Both the position numbers and the translations under genes were made by a program. This document shows, in pieces, positions 57,897 through 64,000 of a stretch of 64,000 bases of DNA. The notes beneath the pieces are model-generated. The model was given only the letters and a program-made list of their open reading frames with translations. It was not told the origin of the DNA and ran no database searches. Position 1 is the stretch's first letter. The number at the start of each line of letters is the position of its first letter. Location: the NCBI GenBank assembly GCA_963762565.1, contig CAVXLD010000001.1:736001-800000 (forward strand), given 5' to 3'. Source of the stretch: an uncultured Verrucomicrobiae bacterium (lineage in GTDB: Bacteria > Verrucomicrobiota > Verrucomicrobiia > Chthoniobacterales > JAFAMB01).

Positions 57897-59174
57897 TCAG
57901 CCGATGGAAGAAAGCAATGAGCGCAGCGTCAATTGAATGATCTCCAGCGCTTGTTGAACTTGTTCCTTATCGACAATCAGCGGAGGCAACAGACGGATTA
58001 CCCTCGGCCCGGCAGGAATCGTCAAAAGGCCATTTTCCATCAGTCTATTGACCACGATCTGGGACGGCAGACGTTTCCCATCCTTTAAGCTCTCAAAGCG
58101 GGCATCGAGCTCCATGCCGATCAGCAATCCTTTGCCCCGAACCGCGCTGACGCCCGGGATCGCAGCAAGCTCGCTGGTAATAAAGGCTCCCAGAGAAGCA
58201 CTTTTTTCTACGAGACCGTTGCTGAGTATCGTATCCAACACGGCCAAAGAAACCGAACAGGCCAGCGGCGTACCGCCATAGGTGGTGGCATGATTTCCCG
58301 GCTGCAAGACGTCGCACAGCATCCCCTCTGATCCGTCTTCGCGAGCAAATGATTTTTCTCGGAACCAGGAAGCGCCCAGAGGAAAACCTCCGCCGATCGC
58401 CTTTGCCCAGCTGACCGCATCGGGAACAACTTCTGGGGCGACCGTTTTCCAGGCACACCAGTTACCGGTTCTCCCCAGGCCGCACTGAATCTCATCAAAC
58501 ATCAACAACAGACCACGCTCATCACAAAGGCGCCGCAACCCCGTCAGAAACTCCGGTGTGGTTGGGTTGATTCCGCCTTCTCCTTGGATTGGCTCAACCA
58601 GGACGGCAACAGTTTGCTCAGAGATTCCGCGCTCTACCGCAGCCAAGTCATTGAAAGGCAAATGCCGGAAACCAGGCAACAGCGGTGCAAATCCAACCTT
58701 GACCTTCTCCTGACCGGTTGCGGAAATGCCGGCCATGGTCCGGCCATGGAACGACTGTTCAAAGGTGATGATTTCAAAACGCGCCGCGGCTGATCTCCGT
58801 TTTTCGTCGTTTCCGTACTTTCTGGCCAGCTTGATTAGCGCTTCATTTGCCTCGGCCCCACTATTTGAAAAGAACACCTTTCCAGGGCTACCCACGATCT
58901 CGACCAGGCGTTTCGCCAATTCCCCTTGAGGTCTAGTGAAATAGAGGTTCGACGTATGAATCAATCGCCGACTTTGCCGGCTGAGCGCCTCTACTATTGC
59001 GGGGTGTCCGTGCCCAAGAACTGACACAGCGATTCCGGCACCAAAATCTAGGTAACATTTCCCGCGCTCGTCCCAAACCCGTACCCCTTCACCACGTTCT
59101 AACACCAAGTCATATCGGCCGTAGGTAGGGGCGACATAGTCGGCGAACAATTGTTTGGTTTCTGGGTGGCTCAT
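57897..59174 (-). CDS. argD: Acetylornithine aminotransferase
   Basis: NSGAEANE, SFHGRT, EPIQGEGG, DEIQCGLGRTG, AKAIGGG. Lies within the arg cluster. Confidence 0.93.
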   Translation of the reverse strand: MSHPETKQLFADYVAPTYGRYDLVLERGEGVRVWDERGKCYLDFGAGIAVSVLGHGHPAIVEALSRQSRRLIHTSNLYFTRPQGELAKRLVEIVGSPGKVFFSNSGAEANEALIKLARKYGNDEKRRSAAARFEIITFEQSFHGRTMAGISATGQEKVKVGFAPLLPGFRHLPFNDLAAVERGISEQTVAVLVEPIQGEGGINPTTPEFLTGLRRLCDERGLLLMFDEIQCGLGRTGNWCAWKTVAPEVVPDAVSWAKAIGGGFPLGASWFREKSFAREDGSEGMLCDVLQPGNHATTYGGTPLACSVSLAVLDTILSNGLVEKSASLGAFITSELAAIPGVSAVRGKGLLIGMELDARFESLKDGKRLPSQIVVNRLMENGLLTIPAGPRVIRLLPPLIVDKEQVQQALEIIQLTLRSLLSSIG

Positions 59175-59197
59175 GGAAAAAGGGGGAGGATAAGCTC

Positions 59198-59449
59198 GGG
59201 AGTTCAGGAGTTCAAGGAGTTCGGTAGGGCGAAAACCTCGGCGCGCCTTTGACGCCGCCACTTCACATCGATTGAACGCGCCGGGTTTGAGCCGCGCCGT
59301 GCGGCGATCATGCCCAATGTCAACAAAGTCCGCGCCTTGGTTCGGTTCTGGTCCATGAGTATCGGCTGCGCTGGATCGCGGCTCAAACCCGGCGCGGCCA
59401 GACTATAGAGTAAACGGCACCCTCGACGCGCCGAGGTTTTCGCCCTACC
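59198..59449. repeat. GGTAGGGCGAAAA REP doublet (59223-59449) with an inner IR, plus a GAGTTCA arm (59198-59222)
   Basis: GGTAGGGCGAAAACCTCGGCGCG / CGCGCCGAGGTTTTCGCCCTACC. Inner CGCGCCGGGTTTGAGCCGCG / CGCGGCTCAAACCCGGCGCG. Confidence 0.85.
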
Positions 59450-59453
59450 ACCT

Positions 59454-60329
59454 TCAAGGAATGATCTCTGTCCCGATCCCTTCAGCGGTGAACACTTCCG
59501 CCAAAAGAGCGTGCGGAAGTCGACCATCAACCAGATGTACTTTACTCACTCCCTGCTCGAGTGCGGACAGAGCTGATTGCACCTTTGGGATCATGCCGGC
59601 CTCGATGATCCCTTCGTCCATCAATTTCAGGCTTGATTCGCGATCCAAGCGCGGAATGAGAGACGACGGATCTTTTACATCGCGCATCACTCCTAGGACG
59701 TCGCTCACATAAATCATTTTCGACGCTTTTAACGCTCCAGCCATAGCGCCGGCCGCCACATCCGCGTTCACATTCAAAAGAGCGCCATCTTCAGATCGAG
59801 CAATCGGAGAGATAACCGGAACTACTTCCCGTTCGATCGCTTCTCGAACCTGCTCGAGTACCAACGATACGACTTCACCAACGTACCCAACGTCCACCAT
59901 GACGCCCCCGTCCGGCATCGGTGGCAACCGTTCAGCCAGAAAAACGTCGCGGCCGGAAAAACCTTCGGCGTCACCGTTGAAGCTCTTCACCGTTGAGACG
60001 ATGCGAGGCAGAATCACCTGGTCCAGAACGTCCTCCACAATCGCTATCGTTTCAGCATCGGTAACCCGAAGTCCGCTAATGAAACGGGGCACTTTCCCAA
60101 TTTCGCGCATCCGCTGGCTAATCGCTTTGCCGCCCCCGTGAATCACTACCGGGTTAATGCCAACCGCTTCCAGAAAGACGACATCACGCAACAGGCGTTC
60201 CACTAAGTGGTCGTCCTCCATGGCGGCGCCCCCGTACTTGATGACAAAGGTGTGGCCCCGGAACTTTTGGATGAAGGGCAGGGCGTCGATTAAAGACTCT
60301 GTTTTCTCGGTATCAATTCGTTTCTGCAT
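59454..60329 (-). CDS. argB: Acetylglutamate kinase
   Basis: VIKYGGAAM, IHGGGK, GLRVTD, NVNAD, GMIPKV. Confidence 0.96.
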   Translation of the reverse strand: MQKRIDTEKTESLIDALPFIQKFRGHTFVIKYGGAAMEDDHLVERLLRDVVFLEAVGINPVVIHGGGKAISQRMREIGKVPRFISGLRVTDAETIAIVEDVLDQVILPRIVSTVKSFNGDAEGFSGRDVFLAERLPPMPDGGVMVDVGYVGEVVSLVLEQVREAIEREVVPVISPIARSEDGALLNVNADVAAGAMAGALKASKMIYVSDVLGVMRDVKDPSSLIPRLDRESSLKLMDEGIIEAGMIPKVQSALSALEQGVSKVHLVDGRLPHALLAEVFTAEGIGTEIIP

Positions 60330-60356
60330 TCTCAGTCTCCCCGAACCCACGCCCAG

Positions 60357-61571
60357 TCACTCGGACATGTTTAAGCGAACATATTCGGGCGTCAGGTCTG
60401 TTGTGAATACCTTGTATTCAGCTGAGCCGAGGTGCAGGTCAACGGTGACCGTGAATTTTTCGTTCTCGAGGATCTCTTTCAGCTTTTCTGGGGGAGTCGA
60501 ACTCGCCATGCCGTGCTCGACCGCAACAACCCCGTCGAAAAAGATGTCCAGCATTTCTTCTCTGACTTTTGCTGAGGAATAACCAACCGCCGCCATTATC
60601 CGGCCCCAGTTGGGATCTTCGCCGTACCAACTGCATTTAAGTAGCTTCGAATTGGCAATTGCTTCCGCGGCTTTCCGCGCATCCTGATAAGTAGCAGCGC
60701 CTTTCACATGGACCTCTACGAACTTGCTGACGCCTTCGCCGTCTTCCACGATCATTCTGGCAAGATTGCGAGTCACAAAGTTTAGCCCCTCGCCAAAGGT
60801 CTCGTAGCTCTGGTCTTCCGGTGAAAGCACCGGAACGCCTGCCTGGCCGTTAGCCAAACAGATGGCGGTATCGTTAGTGCTCATGTCGCCATCCACTGTG
60901 ATGCAGTTAAACGATTGCTCGACACTCTGCAAAAAAAGGCGTTGCAGGTCCCGTTTCTCGATCGCGGCATCGGTAGTCACAAAACAAAGCATCGTCGCCA
61001 TATTCGGGTCGATCATACCTGCTCCTTTGGCGGCGCCTCCGATCCGGATCGCCTTCCCCCGCACGGGAAATTCGATCGCGACCTCCTTGTGAAAAGTGTC
61101 ACTAGTCATGATGGCACGCGCAAAGGCAGAACCTGCCTGGCTATCCAGCCCGGCGAACAGCTCAGGAATTGCCCGCTCAATCTTCTCGATTGGCAGTTGC
61201 CGCCCGATCCGTCCGGTCGAACAGACTAAAGTATGGCGTTCCCTCCAGTGGCCGTTTTGTCCTACCACTTTCGCCATGCGTTTGGCGCTTTGAATCCCCG
61301 TCGTTCCGGTACAAGCATTAGCGTTCCCGCTGTTAACGACGACGGCTCTGATCTCAGCCGAACGCACATGGCTAGCCGATACCCGGACCGGGGCGGCTTT
61401 TATGCGATTGGTGGTAAACGTGGCGGCTGGTACTGCCGGCACATCGGAAACAATGAGGGCAAGGTCAGGGCCCGCTTTCGTGTCGCCCTTTATACCGCAT
61501 CGGACCGCGGAAGCTCGGAATCCTCTGGGCGCCGTGACACCCCCAATGATCTCAGTAAAAGCGAAGGCCAT
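60357..61571 (-). CDS. argJ: Ornithine acetyltransferase / N-acetylglutamate synthase ArgJ
   Basis: NSGNANACTG, STGRIG, AKGAGMI.PNMATML, DGDMSTND, DGEG, DPNWGR. Confidence 0.96.
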   Translation of the reverse strand: MAFAFTEIIGGVTAPRGFRASAVRCGIKGDTKAGPDLALIVSDVPAVPAATFTTNRIKAAPVRVSASHVRSAEIRAVVVNSGNANACTGTTGIQSAKRMAKVVGQNGHWRERHTLVCSTGRIGRQLPIEKIERAIPELFAGLDSQAGSAFARAIMTSDTFHKEVAIEFPVRGKAIRIGGAAKGAGMIDPNMATMLCFVTTDAAIEKRDLQRLFLQSVEQSFNCITVDGDMSTNDTAICLANGQAGVPVLSPEDQSYETFGEGLNFVTRNLARMIVEDGEGVSKFVEVHVKGAATYQDARKAAEAIANSKLLKCSWYGEDPNWGRIMAAVGYSSAKVREEMLDIFFDGVVAVEHGMASSTPPEKLKEILENEKFTVTVDLHLGSAEYKVFTTDLTPEYVRLNMSE

Positions 61572-61732
61572 CAGTGAATCCTCTCAAATACCTCAGAGCG
61601 GGCGTTGGAACGAAGACAATAATCTTATGTTTTTTTATAACGGTAGGGCGAAAATCTCGGCGCGCCGAGGACGCGCCAACGAATAACCCCGATTTCGCGC
61701 CGGATTTGAGCCGCCGCGTGCGACCGGCACCT

Positions 61733-61943
61733 GGAGGGGAGCCGCTTTGTCGGTTGACAGCTCTGCAGGATAGCAGCAGGCGGCTCCCGGGAATTACCCA
61801 TCGTCTCGTGTATGCCCCAGCGCACTCGGTCCGTCGGGAATAAATCGTTCGCGGCCCGTAGAATTGCAACGCGCTGGACCGTTCCCGGGAGCCGCCTGCT
61901 GACAAGCCTACAGAACTAGCAACTTATAAAGCGGCTCCCCTCC
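61733..61943. mobile_element. GGAGGGGAGCCGC element, copy D (short subfamily), preceded by a GGTAGGGCGAAAA arm at 61642
   Basis: Same four conserved boxes with shorter loops. The central spacer appears reversed relative to copies A-C. Confidence 0.8.
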
Positions 61944-61988
61944 AGTCTTGGAAGCTGCATCACGTCGAGACCAACGAACGCTCCCCGC

Positions 61989-63026
61989 CTAATTCAACCC
62001 CAGCGCTTCATCCCAGCCCTGCATGATATTTAAGCATTGGATCGCTTGGCCGGCAGCGCCTTTAACGAGATTATCCTCAGCTGACATCAAAATGACTTTC
62101 CCGGTCCTGGGATCCACTCGCCACCCCACCTCAATCGCGTTCGTGTAGGCCACGTTTTTCACGTCCGGAAATTGGGGCGCAGATAAAAGCCGTATGAAAG
62201 GTTCTTCACCGTAGGCGGAGGTCAGCGTGGCGCCGACTTGCTCCTCAGTCACCGGCGATGAAGGATCAACATGGATCGTGGTCGCAATTCCGCGATTTAA
62301 CGGTACGAGGTGAGGGGCAAACTGGATCTGCACCTTATCACCAGCTGCCAGAGAGATCTCTTGTTCGATCTCGGCAAGGTGCCGATGGGCGGGTAAGCCG
62401 TAGGGGCGCACACTTTCATTACATTCGACAAACATTAGCCGCGACTCGACAGTCCGGCCGGCGCCGCTCACGCCGCTCATGCTCACCGCCACGATTGAGG
62501 GCGGACGAACTTGCCCGGCCAATATTAAAGGGAGCAAGGGAATGAGGACGCTGGTCGGATAGCAGCCAGGACAGGCCACTAGGTTCGCCGTCCGGATCGA
62601 CTGCCGATGCCGCTCTGGCAGACCGTAGACTGCGTTTGCCAGCAGACGAGGCACGGGATGCGTGTGCCCGTAGAATTGCTCGTAAACCTGCGGGTCTTTG
62701 ATCCTGAAATCGGCACTGAGATCGACCACTCGGATGCCTGCCTCCAGCAAGGGCGCCGCCTGTTCTGCGGCAACACCATGTGGCAAGGCGAGAAAGGCGA
62801 CTTCGGCCCGACCTTTCAAACTAGCCACCTCTGGCGATTCGAACTGAAGCTTGCCCAAAGCGCTACGACGATCGAGCCAAGGAAAAATCTCAGAGGCCGT
62901 TTTGCCCGCTGCTTGTCGCGAGGTCAGAGCCACGATCTCGACCAGCGGATGCTTTGCCAATCGGCGCACGAGCTCTTCCCCCGTATAACCGGTGGCGCCA
63001 ATGATAGCAGCATTCAGTTTATTCAT
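61989..63026 (-). CDS. argC: N-acetyl-gamma-glutamyl-phosphate reductase
   Basis: GATGYTG, LALPHG, DLSADFR, PGCYPT, SGVSGAGR, HRH..EI, DNLVKGAAGQA. Confidence 0.96.
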   Translation of the reverse strand: MNKLNAAIIGATGYTGEELVRRLAKHPLVEIVALTSRQAAGKTASEIFPWLDRRSALGKLQFESPEVASLKGRAEVAFLALPHGVAAEQAAPLLEAGIRVVDLSADFRIKDPQVYEQFYGHTHPVPRLLANAVYGLPERHRQSIRTANLVACPGCYPTSVLIPLLPLILAGQVRPPSIVAVSMSGVSGAGRTVESRLMFVECNESVRPYGLPAHRHLAEIEQEISLAAGDKVQIQFAPHLVPLNRGIATTIHVDPSSPVTEEQVGATLTSAYGEEPFIRLLSAPQFPDVKNVAYTNAIEVGWRVDPRTGKVILMSAEDNLVKGAAGQAIQCLNIMQGWDEALGLN

Positions 63027-63102
63027 CGGACGTGTTGAGAAATGTGGTTGTTAAAAAGAAGAGCGACCATCGGCCTGCGAGGAGATGGTTGCAAGACGAA
63101 CC

Positions 63103-63317
63103 GGAGGGGAGCCGCTTTGTAGGTTGGCATCTCTATCGGTTGGCAGCAGGCGGCTCCCGGGAATAACCCAGAGCAATCCTCGCACCCACGGACTCCGTTC
63201 TTTCACGTCAATCCATCCGAGCGCTACCGATAGAACTGCAGAATCGGGTGACGTTCCCGGGAGCCGCCTGTTAAATAGCCGACAGACCTTTGCCACAATA
63301 CAAAGCGGCTCCCCTCC
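63103..63317. mobile_element. GGAGGGGAGCCGC element, copy E (short subfamily)
   Basis: Same four boxes. First loop similar to that of copy D. Confidence 0.8.
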
Positions 63318-63406
63318 AGTCTCCTGGGCCCTCCAAAACGCGCTCCCGTTCGTCGAAAAAACCATCTGGTCTTCGGCTTTGTTACATGTAAGTTCCCTCC
63401 CCTTTG

Positions 63407-64000
63407 ATGAGCGACAAAAATACAGCTGCAAAACCGATGACTGATCTCGAGCGGTTAAGGCACTCAACCGCTCATGTGTTGGCCACCGCTATCCTGCGCA
63501 TTTGGCCAGAAGCCCAGTTCGCTGCTGGGCCACCGGTGGACAACGGCTTTTATTATGACCTGGAGCTGGATCATCACATTACCCCGGACGATTTCGGCCG
63601 CATCGAGGCAGAGATGGGTAAAGTCATCCAGGAAAACCAGCCCTTTGAGCGAATCTCGGTCGATAGAAAAGAAGCGATCAATTTAGCTCAAAAGGGAGCA
63701 CTGGCTGCACTCGGGCCCCGCACTGTGCCCAGCAAGTATAAGTTGGATATTCTGCGAAGAATTCCAGACGACGAAGAAATTACCCTTTACCGTAACGGGA
63801 ACTTTACCGACCTCTGCGCCGGGCCGCATGTTTCCAAGACCGGGGATATTGGCGGTTTTAAACTGACGAACGTCGCCAGCGCTTACTATCAAGGGGATGA
63901 GAGCCAGCCCCAATTGCAACGCGTCTATGGCACTGCTTTCAAAACCGAGCAGGAACTCAACGACTACTTTGCCCGGTTAGAAGAAGCCAAGAAACGCGAC
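63407..64000 (+). CDS. thrS: Threonyl-tRNA synthetase, N-terminal part (runs off the right edge; not in the ORF track)
   Basis: Manual translation MSDKNTAAKPMTDLERLRHSTAHVLA...GPPVDNGFYYD...FTDLCAGPHV...LQRVYGTAF...LEEAKKRD. Confidence 0.95.
   Translation, partial: MSDKNTAAKPMTDLERLRHSTAHVLATAILRIWPEAQFAAGPPVDNGFYYDLELDHHITPDDFGRIEAEMGKVIQENQPFERISVDRKEAINLAQKGALAALGPRTVPSKYKLDILRRIPDDEEITLYRNGNFTDLCAGPHVSKTGDIGGFKLTNVASAYYQGDESQPQLQRVYGTAFKTEQELNDYFARLEEAKKRD

Noticed and set aside
59175..59197. Absence of Shine-Dalgarno and C/T-rich leaders before argD, hppA and thrS as special regulation
   Set aside because: It recurs at unrelated genes, so it is more likely a genome-wide initiation style than a specific control element.
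1..64000. Prophage, integron, DGR, retron or autonomous IS
   Set aside because: No integrase, reverse transcriptase, transposase or phage structural genes were recognised. VapBC is the only toxin-antitoxin/defence-type module.

Overview
A 64-kb bacterial chromosome segment of roughly 55% GC (estimated by eye). Gene style and repeat content suggest a soil Verrucomicrobiota / Chthoniobacterales-like organism (inference). The left part (1-32 kb) is accessory: a KirBac K+ channel; two intact MocR/GabR regulators plus a decayed third copy around a TonB-dependent receptor and a small FN3-like protein; a BNR/VPS10 glycosidase-like protein; an MdtABC + outer-membrane-factor RND operon; a polysaccharide deacetylase; tryptophanase; a VapBC pair; a hybrid histidine kinase; and several gene remnants. 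The right part is mostly housekeeping: LysR, YciI, RecQ, L,D-transpeptidase, ispH, purSQLFM, a GT-PHP fusion, an amidase, obgE, glgA-like, hppA, argCJBDF and the start of thrS. No rRNA, tRNA, CRISPR array, integrase or transposase was recognised. The most striking signal is non-coding. Many gene junctions carry palindromic inserts of two kinds: cassettes with inverted arms built from 6-10-nt tandem repeats, and REP/REPIN-like doublets, often nested inside each other. In the RND operon they sit at stop/start junctions. One splits the start of the outer-membrane gene such that precise removal restores an in-frame lipoprotein signal peptide, while the insert itself carries a short ORF coupled by TGATG overlaps at both ends. 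A four-copy MocR-type operator with conserved geometry was also found.
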